A DNA stretch of 63,938 nt, counting the filler, from Folioceros fuciformis (Eukaryota), in assembly GCA_049999805.1 (NCBI GenBank). It is 11 parts of 11 records of this genome, joined end to end, with 100 filler letters (N's around TTAATTAATTAA, not from the genome) between each part and the next. Parts side by side here need not be neighbours in the genome. Positions count along the whole stretch, not along the records: positions 23,662 to 27,569 come from JBNGIO010002024.1; positions 27,670 to 49,538 come from JBNGIO010002025.1; 9 more parts are not named here. The stretch is one strand, 5' to 3'. Positions within the stretch are counted from its first letter, which is position 1. Each line of letters opens with the position of its first letter. The notes under the pieces were generated by a model. The model saw only the letters and a program-made list of their open reading frames with translations. It made no database searches and was not told the origin of the DNA. The position numbers and the translations under genes are program-made. Below, piece by piece: positions 27,481 through 38,695 of the stretch.

Positions 27481-28070
27481 CGTTGTAGCTCTGGGATTCA
27501 ATCCCAAGGGAATGATTCGTGTTAAACTACATAGGTTAGCTTCTAAAGTCAATTAGCACCTAAACTCGANNNNNNNNNNNNNNNNNNNNNNNNNNNNNNN
27601 NNNNNNNNNNNNNTTAATTAATTAANNNNNNNNNNNNNNNNNNNNNNNNNNNNNNNNNNNNNNNNNNNNGTTAGGAACTAGCTTCGATCCTAGAGCCCGT
27701 TCTTGGTAAGAGCCCGTACTTGTTACGAGGTAGTTTTGGTCCTGGAGTCAGGTTTCTTGATACTTCGTAGAGGTAGCTTTAATTTTAGGCTCTCATTCCA
27801 CACTATTTTCATCGTACTCGTTAGGTACTGCTTAGACTCGCTGATTATAAAACAATTCGTATCTACATGACATGGAAGTAAATATGTATATCAACAAACG
27901 GCTGCTCTGGAAGAGAGGCAAACGCATTTGCCCAGGAGGGAAAAAAACGTGGGTGCAAAGCTGAAAGGTCAGGCAGCGAATTGCGTGCAACAGGTAGCGG
28001 ACAAGCGTGTGCTTTCCGAGGAAAGTGAAGTGAGTCCTTTCTCCAGGCAGTTGATGACTGGTATGTACAG

Positions 28071-29362
28071 TTAGCCGACAGTGGATTCCACTCCCGCATC
28101 TGGGAACTTCTCATGCGCTTTGGGTACATTCTCCTCATACGGAAGATCCCCAAGGTCGGCATTGTGCAGCAGGGGAGCTCTCTCTTCCTGGACGCCACCA
28201 GATTTGGTCTGCCCTACATCTGCGTTCTCATCAAAGCACACAGACTACAGTCAGGAATGGCCACTCGGTGCTCTTCACGGGAGCATTGTATTTCCGTGGC
28301 AACAGCTCACCGGTTGGGTGTTCGACAGGAAGGTCGGGTGCGGGTGCTGAGTCGTCTTCGCCAGAAACGCTCCTACCTGGCTGTCTTTCCACACTGAACG
28401 TCCTTGCATCACCGCGGAGCCCGTGGACTTGGGTTGCACTGAGCAGTCCCGCTCGCTCGTTCAGGTCGGCAGCAGCTTGCATCGACGCAGCGACTCCCCC
28501 GGGCACAATCTGGCCATAGCCGCCCCGAAGCTCGGCTTCCCGGATTTTGGCGGCGTCGTCCTGCGTGACTACCTTGTCCGCGTATAACTGCACGGTGGCG
28601 TCCTGGTTGGCATGGGCGGCACACAATGCCGCCTGTCAGAAGACGGCTTCCTGCCCATTTGGATCAGCAGAGAAAGGGGAAGGGAGTCCGAGGCTTACAA
28701 CGAGCACATCGCCGAGGGTGGCGGGCTCCTCCGTGTCCTCCCGCAGGTTGAGCTCCGCCGCGGACTGCGCCGTGGCGGCCAGCCCTCCATGCGGCACGGC
28801 GGGCAGCCCCGTGGCCCGGACCTCCGCGCTCTGGATGGCGCGCGCGTCCTGCAGCTGCACAGGCCGGTCTACTGCCCCGACTGCCGCAGCCTCCAGCGCC
28901 TGTTCGTCAAGCACGGATTGGATCCCTCCTCTTTCACGGCAAGGCAAGAGCAAGAATTGTGGGCGGTAATCCGGCACTCACCTCTCCGATGGTGATGGCC
29001 TCGGAGGCGGCGATGTCGGTCCGGGTGGGCAAGGGACATGCCGTCTGCACCACCGGCTGCCCAGCAAGGTACTCCGTCTCCAGCAAGGCCCCCGGCAGCA
29101 CCGTCTCCACCACCGTGACCCCGGTCTCCGCTACGGGCGAGTGCGCGTCCTTGGCCACCAACCCCAGCTGCACGTTCCGGGCGGCGGCCGCTTGCATCGC
29201 AGACGCGGCCCCGTGTTTCTGCGTCTTCCCCGTGGCCAACGCCTCAGCACTCTGCATCAGGGCTGCATCCTCCGGCGTCACTGCCTGCTCCGCGATGGCC
29301 CCTGGAGCGTCCACGAACACATCCCCGTAGGTGACGGGCCGCTGCGCCTGCTCCTGGCTCAT
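28071..29362 (-). CDS. Late embryogenesis abundant protein D-34 (SMP repeats); exons 29362-28982, 28899-28699, 28602-28311, 28219-28071
   Basis: MSQEQ..VTYGDVF, DAALMQSAE, ITIGEALEAAA, GGLAATAQSAA, TLGDVL..DA...ADK.VT..DA, PGGVAASMQAAA; GT-AG introns of 82, 96 and 91 nt. Confidence 0.92.
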
Positions 29363-29533
29363 CTTTGCCCCACTATCGACACCAACAAGACTCGGTGCTG
29401 CTGCTTCCTCCTGAATGCCTCCAACTGGTAGTCTGACAACTGCTCTCCGATCAAGGTCGATGGCGTCTCAAGCTGATGCTTCGGAGAGTGGAGAGGGGGC
29501 AGTATATGTAATTACGGTAGCCAGGAAGGACGG

Positions 29534-29572
29534 CCACACGCGGCGCACATCCAGAGAGCCTTCGGGACACGT
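29534..29572 (-). promoter_or_regulatory. ABRE (ACGTGTC at 29572-29566) plus CE3-like CCGCGTGT upstream of the LEA gene
   Basis: Canonical ABA-response motif ~200 nt upstream of a LEA start codon. Confidence 0.55.
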
Positions 29573-30392
29573 AGCAATGCGCAGGTGGCGTCCTGCTATT
29601 GTGGCTTGCAAGATCGCATTAACTGGCCCGGTTCCAGGATTTGATTGGGCCAAGTTAATGCGCCACCCGCCCAGGCCTCCTCGTCTGGTCGCAAGGTAGA
29701 CAACATATATGAACATATTCCAGTGAGATGGCACTGGCGATGGCGATGCACGGTGCGCAGTTGAGGATGTGAGGAGGCACTCGACTTTCTGGACGCAGTG
29801 AACGGAGATTGAATGTTTCTTATGATATTAGTACGTACATGTCAGTCGCCGGTTTACTGGTGGCCACCATGACTCATGTATGAGAAGCAACGTATTTATC
29901 CTCAGGTGATTCTGGGATCATATCCGAGGTGCTCGTCCCACCAATGTCATTTGCCATGTGGCCTGGTTGGGCATGTGAGTCGCCTCGAGGGTCGGAAAGA
30001 TCGACGGACCAACGTGCCTGCATTGATCAACGGGCTGGCACAGAGTAGTAGTACACAGGATGATCTTTTCAGAGCGCGGGACTTCGTACAGCGCACCATT
30101 TGACTTAGCCAATTCTGCAGTAGGGTTCGTTTCCTATCGGTTGCCGGATTGATGACCTGACGCAAGAAAAGCTACAACAGTCAATATCACTCAGAGTGAG
30201 AGTCTTATACGAATGATTGAACTGACAGGCGTAAGTAGTTGTTTACACCAAGTCTGTGTGTGTCTGTTCGCTGCAGTCACTCGACAGGAGGAGCATACAA
30301 AGGGCGCAGGAATCTGGGAGACGGGTGTTGAAGCAGCCTTGAATTTGTTGCTAAGATGGAGGGAAGCAGCGTGAGCAGGGCTGGTGGATGGG

Positions 30393-32209
30393 TCATTTCA
30401 CCTCTGGTCCGGGGTCGTTCACTATGCTGTTCACCACATGAAGAACCTTGTCCACATCCACTGTGAGCGTGGTGTTCTTCCCTCCGGGACTGTAGAAGAG
30501 GTGGTATCCGAAGTTGAGAACCCCGGCCAGGTTCTCGTAACAGCTGTTGGAGAAGTTGGTGGGGCGGACCTCTATCACAGACGAGCCGTAAGGCATGAAC
30601 ACCATGTTGGACAGTCCAGCGCCGTGGGGGGAGATGTATACCACGGCCTTGGAGAACAGAGCTTGGATATCCTTGAACATTTGCTTCCTCTTCATGTTGT
30701 CTTTGTAGTGGAAGAGCTTAACCCTGGCCACCCCATAGGTCTGGGTCAAGCTCTCCACGAGGGACACAGTCTCGTTCACTCTCCGGGTGGTGTCCCTGTA
30801 TCCCACCACTATCAGCCAGTCAGGCACACGCTCGAACACGATCCGGTTGTCGTTCTCCAGGTGCAGGTACTCCTGCCTGATCTTCTCCCATCCCACAGGG
30901 GAGCTCTGGCCGCAGGGCTGGCTGACTGCTGTGATCAAGGTGTTAGCGTACGCCAGATCTTGCTGCCCATCCATGTAGTGGACATTGAACTCGTCCAAAG
31001 ATTCCAGTCCCAGAACCTGCAAAACGTATCGGTAGTGGTCGTCGTTGCGGGACACCAAAACTGGAATCCCCGGCATGCTGCGGAGGATGGGCAGCAGCAC
31101 AGCCCACTTGGGCACCGACTCTACCAGCGCATGGTAGTAGTTGTAGAGCCCCATGGTGAGGCTGACAGCCACATCAAACCGTACAAGATTAGTGACTCCA
31201 CTGGTGAACAGTGGGTTGCTGAAGTGCTCCCCGCACCCGCCCTTGAGATACATGTTGTGAGCGTCGAAGATCTGCGCGTGGTAGTTGGTGTAGACGTTGG
31301 ACATGACCGCGACAGCCCCGAAGTACTCCCCATAAATGAGCAGGGTGCGAGCAACATGATCGCCCCCCAGCAAATGCTCCGGGATAGACCTCGGAAACGG
31401 CCCCTGCGAGTTGAGGCACACAGCCGCCAGCCCGTGCACCGTCTTCCCACATTGCCAGAAATCCGGGCACTCCAGTTTCCAGCCCCTCCCCGGTCGGATC
31501 TCCAGCGCAGTCGGCCCCGCTCCAGAGCACAAGTTAGGCAAATTGTGGAAGGCCCGGGTGTTGAGGTCGTAGAGGGCGTGGAAGGTGAGGTTGTTCGGCA
31601 GAGCCTCCAGTTCCTCCTTCACGTGGTACTTTCCTCGAAGGCTGCGCTGCGCAACGGGCCCAACTCTTGGACCTGCACCAAAGATTGTCATTAGACATGC
31701 TGGTCCCTCTATTACCATTGCGGTTGACACTGCTGCTGGCAATGCCCAACAACCGTGAGCTTCGCTCAAGAGAGTTCATCGCACTCACCTCGGCCCGCAT
31801 CAATGCCGACTGGTCTTTCGAAGCCACTCACAACGGTGTTGAGGAAATTGAGGCCGACGCTCCCACCTTCCACCGGCGCCTCTTCCCGACGGGCGACTCC
31901 GTCGCGGTGTCGCTCCGCTCGGAGCAGGTTCCCGTGGGGCCAGGCGAAGGAGAGCTCCTGGCTGTCGAGGAAGGCGGCCTTGGTCAGCCCCGCGTGGTAC
32001 AGGCCGTCAGGCCGCAGCTGCAGCCGGCAGAGCGCGCGGCGGTAGGGCGAGAAGAGGGAGTACGAGTTCGAGTCCTCGCTGTCCCCCTCCCACGTCCCAT
32101 CCCAGGTGCACGACAGCAGGTGCACGCAGAGGTGGGTGGTGGCCACGAAGAGCACCAGCAGGCAGAAGCGCAGGAACATCCTCCACCAAAGGCCCGGGCT
32201 TCTCGTCAT
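30393..32209 (-). CDS. Glycosyltransferase family 61 (DUF563)-type type II membrane protein; exons 32209-31789 and 31672-30393
   Basis: N-terminal signal anchor; NYYH motif and ISPHGAGLSNMVFM...VIEV signature; 116-nt phase-1 GT-AG intron joins the two ORFs. Confidence 0.85.
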
Positions 32210-33262
32210 GGCCTCTGATCCCCTCCCTCCTCAGCGCAGGTGCCAGCAGCTCCCGACATTGCGCAATGCAATGCCATGCGATGCAATGCAGGATGCAAGC
32301 CAGCTGGTAGGATGCAACCCTGAGCAGCAGCCCCTGCGTAGAAGCAGAAGAGGAAGTAGAAGTGCAGCCTCTCTGCTCACCCCGCTGAATCGGACAGCAC
32401 GGAGCATATGAGGCGGAAGGACAACGACCCACAAGCGCCGAGGCACCACCAACCTCCGTGCAGGCCGCTGGTACGGCAGATCGAGGGTGCTGCAGCAGCG
32501 GACAGCTTCGGCGGTTGATTACGTCTAGCAGCACCTGGAGTGGCGTAGCGTGCGCTGCCTCTAGACTGCTTCCTCTCTTCCGGGCTTACTGTCAAGGCGA
32601 GCCCAGAGGAGATGGGAAAGGTGGTCATGGAGGGGGCAGTTGGGCGACTCCCAATCGCGGGCTCAATAATCGGGGCGAGGGCAAGAGCGCGATACCCGCT
32701 GCTTCGACTCCATGCTGGCTGACTTGATCAGCAGGGCCCAAACGGGCGGGGGCGAGCCTGGCGAGAACGTGAAAGAGAACTGGAACCAAGGCAGAGGCTT
32801 AACAGTTTTCGGGACACTGGGCAGCCCGCACACACTTTGCACGAGTGACACGGGACAACGCTCCGGACAAGGACGACAAGCCAATTGTCCTCTCCCATAA
32901 GTTATGGCAATTGTCGGGACTCTGGGCTCTCGCAGTGCATGTTAGGGGCCCGCCTCTGGGATACGGACTCTGGGACCAGAACCAGCACATACTGCCGATG
33001 GGCCCTCTCTCACAGAGTCACAGGCTGCTCCGCCCCATTTATGCATCCGTCCTCCTACGCTCCCCACCCTCCCTTTCTCCAACAAAGCTCTCTGACTCTC
33101 CATCAATGCGGTTTCAACACCCCTCTTTTCAACATCCGTGTTTTTGCAGTGTTTTATGGACTACGGAGAGATGGATAAACCAGTCTACTGTACAGTCCTG
33201 CACTACAGCGGTGGCATGGAGCACTGTACAGCCTTTGGACGGACTAGGCAGTCCTTGGACTC

Positions 33263-33929
33263 TGTAAACACCTAGGCTCCACACCCTAACCAATTTCACC
33301 ATTACTCCTCCCACCTCACCTTCTTCTTGATGAACCACGTTGCTGTCGGATAATGCCTCTTCAAATCCCTTTGTCTCCAAGGCAAGGAGACAAAATAAGG
33401 AACTGGTACCTCTTCCAAACTCCCTCCAAAAGCAATCAGTACATGAATACTTGGGATATCTTCGGTGGCCATTACTCCTTCCCCTTCCCTTGATCTCTTG
33501 AAGACGATTTCAAAACCACACCATTAGTCCAACACGGGCCAGCGAATGATAAGTACATGCATTTTATGCTACCATGAAATTTAATCTCCTCTTTGGTACT
33601 TCTACCCTGTTAAAGGATATGAGCTCATTCTAGCTTTTGGAATGTTTAACTTGAGCCACTACAGATCGGACCCACTACATCATTCTCCAGATTAGGAAAA
33701 TCTGTACTTACCGTCAAAGCTCTTTACAGCATTGCCCATATCCCACGTTGGAAGATACTTGGTCCAACATCCACTGCAAAGCAATATAAGGTCTTGATAA
33801 AGTGAAGGTAAATAATAGAATTAAAAGAAGACCTCTAGAAAGATCCAACTCAGCCTTCTCGGCTCTTGAAAGAGAGATACCAACGAGATGCTATTAAATA
33901 CCAAAGAATATTACTAGCATCTTGTTACA
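33263..33929. mobile_element. Possible solo LTR
   Basis: AT-richer 667-bp block bounded by TGTAA...TTACA; no matching target-site duplication seen. Confidence 0.25.
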
Positions 33930-34144
33930 GGTATACATTAAACTATGTACACATGTAGGTGTGCATGCACCCTCGATTGTTTAAGGTTGTTGAGAGAGAT
34001 CAGGGTTTGAAACTAATTGCTTACCGGCGTAGGTTAGGAAGTATTCCTTTGTGCTTCGCCTCCGTCTTCGAATTTGGTTGTTGCTACTGGAAGTGTGTAT
34101 CAACAAGTCCAGCTACTCTACATGCATCACCTGCGCACCTGGTG

Positions 34145-35774
34145 ATGGGATCGAGTGCGAAAGGGAAAAAGGCGTCCCGAGGAGCTGCAGCCCGTTCCAA
34201 GAGGGAGTCCCAAGCCATCGGTGATCTCGTAGCTTGGGTTTCCGTACCACTCTCTTCGACTGCCGCTGATTCCAACCTCCTTGGCAAGGCTAGGCCTGGG
34301 CCTGCCTCGGCTCCGCTTTTCGATCTGCACACGCACAGCACGTTCAGCGATGGCAGACTGACGCCATCTGAGCTTGTTGCCAGAGCTCATGCAACTGGGG
34401 TCGGTACACGACAGTGCAATCTCCATGCTTCATATTTGTGGGGATGTTGGTGGTCTTGAGTGTTGTGGTTTGGCCTCACCGATGTTGGGTTGTTGCGCAG
34501 GTGCAGGTACTAGCTCTCACTGACCATGACACCATGGCAGGGGTGCCAGTTGCCATGGAAGCTGGTCTGAAGCTTGGCGTGCGGGTGATACCCGGTGTGG
34601 AGATCAGCGGGCTACACCAGGGAAGGTGAGCTGCTTTCTGGTTCAGGCAGGCGGGGAGTAGTGAGATCGTCATAGCCGGCTTCTGAGTTTCATTGGCGCT
34701 TGTTTCAGTGAGCCTGTGCACATTCTAGCTTATTATGGACCTTGTGGCCCTGCAAAGGTTACTGAACTCAATGCGGTGTTACATGGAATTCGGGAAGGAC
34801 GATTTCTTCGGGCGCAGTCCATGGTGCAAAAGCTTCGAGCATTAGGAAAGGAAATTGGATGGGAGCGTGTACTGGCTATTGCTGGGGAGGGAGTTGCACC
34901 GGGACGGGTGCATGTGGCTAGGGCACTGGTAGACGCAGGGCATGTTGCCACTGAGCAAGAGGCTTTTGTCACTTATCTCCATGATGGTGGTCCTGCATAC
35001 GCCGAGTAAGTAGGGGCTCTTCATGGCTTTATGCTGCAACACCAGATGCCACATTTTTACCCCTCTCCTGCTCTTTTTGCCTTCAGGGGTGCCGAGCCTC
35101 CTGCGAATGAGGTTGTTCGGCTCATTCGTTGCACCGGAGGGGTGGCAGTGCTAGCACATCCATGGTCCCTTAAGAACAGTTTTGCGGTTATTCGAAGCCT
35201 GAAGTCAGCGGGGCTTCATGGGATGGAAGTGTACAGAGGAAGTGGTAAGGCTCCTGCCGAGTCTTGTGCTGCCATCGGTCGTTTTTTCCGGGCTAATGTT
35301 CCTGTTGCCCTGCCCTGCTGACTGCCTCGTCCTTTTCCTGACTGAGGTCGCTCTGATGGCTTCGGAGCCTTGTGTGAAGCCTACGAGTTGTTCAAGTTGG
35401 GGGGTTCGGATTTTCACGGGAGAGGTGATCCCAATGAGACACAGCTAGGTGGTGTGTCTCTTCCTGCACTAGTACTCCAGAGGTTTCTCAAGACAGCAGA
35501 GCCTATTTGGAGAGCCGCATTGAAGGACATCTTACATGACTTTGCAGATGACAGTAAAGAAGCATCTGCAGTAGAGCTGGCCAAATCAGTATCATCATTT
35601 GCAGAGTTCGATGGAGTGAAAACAACAGCTTTAAGGAATGCTGCTGGGTCCAGATTGCGGGTGTCTCCCTGGTTGACAGGAAAGGAACTCACGTGGGTTC
35701 AGGAAGAAGCAGCTTTGCTTCAGCTCCTTGCAGATACTGGACATGAAAACCCCTCAGGTACACAGAACCAGTAG
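34145..35774 (+). CDS. PHP-domain phosphoesterase (TrpH/YciV-like), about 5 exons
   Basis: FDLHTHSTFSDG, ALTDHDT, IPGVEIS, VHILAY, PGRVHVARAL, VLAHPW, GGSDFHG; introns 34400-34500, 34626-34708, 35006-35086. Confidence 0.92.
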
Positions 35775-36018
35775 TAGGACCAACTTGGTCGTATGCACGA
35801 ATTTCGGGCGAACTTACATTTGAAGGCTTCTTTTGCTGGGTCTGCACTGTGAATGGTCGCCCCATTTGCGGTTGATCAGACTGTGATGTCCGATTGAACT
35901 TCTAATTTGCAATAGGCGCTCGAGAACCTCGAGGTCACGTTCCGCAAAATCTCCTATCCTTCCCTTAGTAGAAGGAACCCGCTACAGCCGGACCGAAGCT
36001 TTCACTTGTTTCATCCAA

Positions 36019-36126
36019 CCTGATCACTAGCTTGTGTGTTTGTTCCGTCCTGATCACTAGTGTGTGTATTTGTTCCATCCTGATCACAAGTGTGTTTATT
36101 TGTTCCATCCTGATCACTAGTGTGTT
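36019..36126. repeat. 30-bp minisatellite, ~3.6 copies
   Basis: tgatcac(t/a)ag at 36021, 36051, 36081, 36111 with similar intervening sequence. Confidence 0.9.
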
Positions 36127-36560
36127 GCTTTCCCAGTGTGTACAACGTCGGACAGCACTACTGCAGGCTTAAGCATCTATGTGAGACATAGAAATATAAA
36201 AGAATCTGACAACAGACTGCGGCTCTGCAAGTGGGGATAGAACCGACAGCTCAAGGTGGCTTCAAATAATACCTGGTCTGCATTCCGTAAGAAAATGAAG
36301 CATTTACAATTGCATTGCAGCTGCCACTGCAGATTCCTCTCACAGCCCTCTTCTTTCCGTTCAAATCGTCTGCTTGTGGCATTTGGCTCAGCATGTACCC
36401 TCAATGACAGACTTTGATCCACAGCGTCAGGCAATCCAGAACGCAGACGGGGACAAATGGAACCACATTTCCTAAGGAGTGCTAAAGTACTAGCCAGCTA
36501 CTGAACTCTGAAAATCACCCCGTCAGTCCCAAATTTGAGACATGGTGCATTCCAAAACAC

Positions 36561-36863
36561 CTACTTCCTCTTCTTGGGCACGGGAAACTTGTCTTCCTTG
36601 CATGCCTCCCCTCTTGCTGTCGACTTGACGTCTTCTGCCTCATCCGCAGGGGTGCCGTGGCGAATGAAGTAGCTCGCAAACTCCTCCATGCATTGTTCCT
36701 TCAGCTCCAACAAACCATCAGACAGCTGCCTCGGGCTTGACACGCTTTTTGAAAATGCTTCATCCATGCCTAGAGTGACAGTCACGCTAGCGACAGGACG
36801 ATCCATGGCCTCTCGATATGCTTCGCGCGAAGTCGCCTCCTTAACAACAAGAGTACGAAACAT
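36561..36863 (-). CDS. Small intronless protein (100 aa), GON7-like (KEOPS fifth subunit) candidate
   Basis: Two beta-like segments, amphipathic helix LSDGLLELKEQCMEEFASYF, acidic tail, terminal PKKRK; head-to-head with PAA. Family assignment from architecture only. Confidence 0.55.
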   Translation of the reverse strand: MFRTLVVKEATSREAYREAMDRPVASVTVTLGMDEAFSKSVSSPRQLSDGLLELKEQCMEEFASYFIRHGTPADEAEDVKSTARGEACKEDKFPVPKKRK

Positions 36864-37057
36864 CACAGGTCGAACGGGCTAACTTAAATTCTAACTGTTA
36901 GGGTTGAGGTACTTGTTACGGTAACGGGTGGGAGTTAGGACAAAAACTTGCGGGTTCTGGTTCGGCTAGAACACTTTTGCCACTGGGGTGCACGCTGCTG
37001 TTTGGCTTGGTCTGCTTCTTATTCCAGCTCCGCACTCACAGGTACCTAGCACACATC
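36864..37057. promoter_or_regulatory. Candidate bidirectional promoter with telo-box-like motif
   Basis: 194 bp between divergent ATGs; TTAGGGTT at 36898-36905; perfect TTAGGGTTT in PAA intron 1 (37259-37267). Confidence 0.5.
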
Positions 37058-38413
37058 ATGAGTCGTGGCACTGGAGCTGGGTATGATCGCCATATCACCG
37101 TCTTCTCCCCAGAAGGGCGGCTCTTCCAGGTGGAGTATGCCTTCAAAGCCGTGAAAGCAGCTGGTATCACGTCAATTGGAGTCCGTGGGGCGGACTCCGT
37201 TTGTGTTGTCACGCAGAAGAAAGTTCCGGTATGTAATTGCAGACTCCACTGAGACCCATTAGGGTTTGACGTTCAGCTGCACGATAGTTTGCCTCAGATG
37301 ATGGTTTTGGTTACTTTTAGGACAAACTCTTGGATCAAACTAGCGTCACTCACCTTTTCTCAATCACCAAAACCATAGGCCTGTTGGCCACTGGAATGCA
37401 AGGTCAGATTCTGTAACTTCTTTTGAAATTGATCAACACTTGCGTCCATTTTCTGCGAAGGATATCCTGACTGTTTGCATTGCCTGGCAGCGGATTCCTG
37501 TTCCTTGGTGCAACATGCACGAAATGAGGCCGCGGAATTTCGTTTTAAGATGGGCTACGAAATACCTGTCAACTATCTTGCCAGCACGTGCGAACGCTCT
37601 TTTCTCTCTGTCTTGTTTTCAATTGTTTGAAGTTAGCAAGGAAACTGCCATGGATTCTTGATCATGTGGAAAACACGCAACAGGCTGGCAGACAAGTCAC
37701 AAGTGTACACTCAGCATGCCTACATGAGGCCTTTGGGAGTGGGTATGAATTCAGGGATTTTTCTGAAGTTCTTGGAATTGCCATAGTTTTCCACTTTTCT
37801 GCCTTTGAGGGGTGCTATTCATTTGCTTCGTCGTGTTTATGGCAGCTGCTATGGTAATCGGCATCGATGATGAACTGGGTCCTCAGCTTTTTAAGTGTGA
37901 TCCTGCTGGGTATTTTGTTGGCTACAAGGTTAGATATTGCCGCCATCTTGCTGGATGAGCAAGTGACAGTGACTCTCATACAGGACTGATGCAGGGAAGG
38001 TGACACCTTTTTTAGGCAACAAGCGCCGGTCTTAAGGAGCAAGAAGCTGTCAATTTTTTGGAGAAGAAAATGAAATCCAATCCGCAGCTGACTTACGAGG
38101 AAACTGTCCAGGTTTGTTGTGAATTGCGGCCTTGCAGTATCAGCGACCTCATGTTGACACCCTGCGTCTGGTTTGCAGACGGCGATTTCTGCATTGCAGT
38201 CAATCCTTTTGGAGGATTTCAAGCCTACCGAAATTGAGGTGAGAAAAATAACGCCATCTGCGTTTGCATTTCCGGGAAGGTGGATCAGGACAAAGCCTGA
38301 CTCTGAAGGGTCCTTTACAGGTCGGTGTCGTTAAGAAGGATCATCCAGCTTTCCGAGTTTTGACCACTGAGGAGATTGACGAGCATTTGACGGCGATTAG
38401 TGAAAGAGACTGA
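37058..38413 (+). CDS. PAA1: 20S proteasome subunit alpha type-6, multi-exon
   Basis: [83 protein letters not shown]. Confidence 0.97.
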
Positions 38414-38695
38414 GCATTTTATACTGCATTTCTTCCTTCGCAATTGTCAATCCATCTGAGGATTCTCTCCTTCTTCCGGGCTCTGTATCTAGTACCTCGA
38501 AGCCTTAGCAAAGGCATGTCGTCGAAGTTTATTGTCCAGAGACACAACTAGCAGAGAGTGCGCATGCTTGGTAGATCTAGACACCACCAATCTAAGGTGG
38601 AATAGCCATCCTGGCAGGTCCAGTTCATTTACATACACAAATAATATCTTCTACTAGAACTACACGCTAACAACGGGAAATGGGAAACCCTTTCC

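Noticed and set aside
30384-31694. 436-aa plus-strand ORF
   Set aside because: Antisense shadow of the GT61 exon caused by codon bias; the same applies to 45104-45775 (WD40) and 61083-62258 (GT-2)
36019-36126. Possible CRISPR array
   Set aside because: No unique spacers, no cas genes, eukaryotic context
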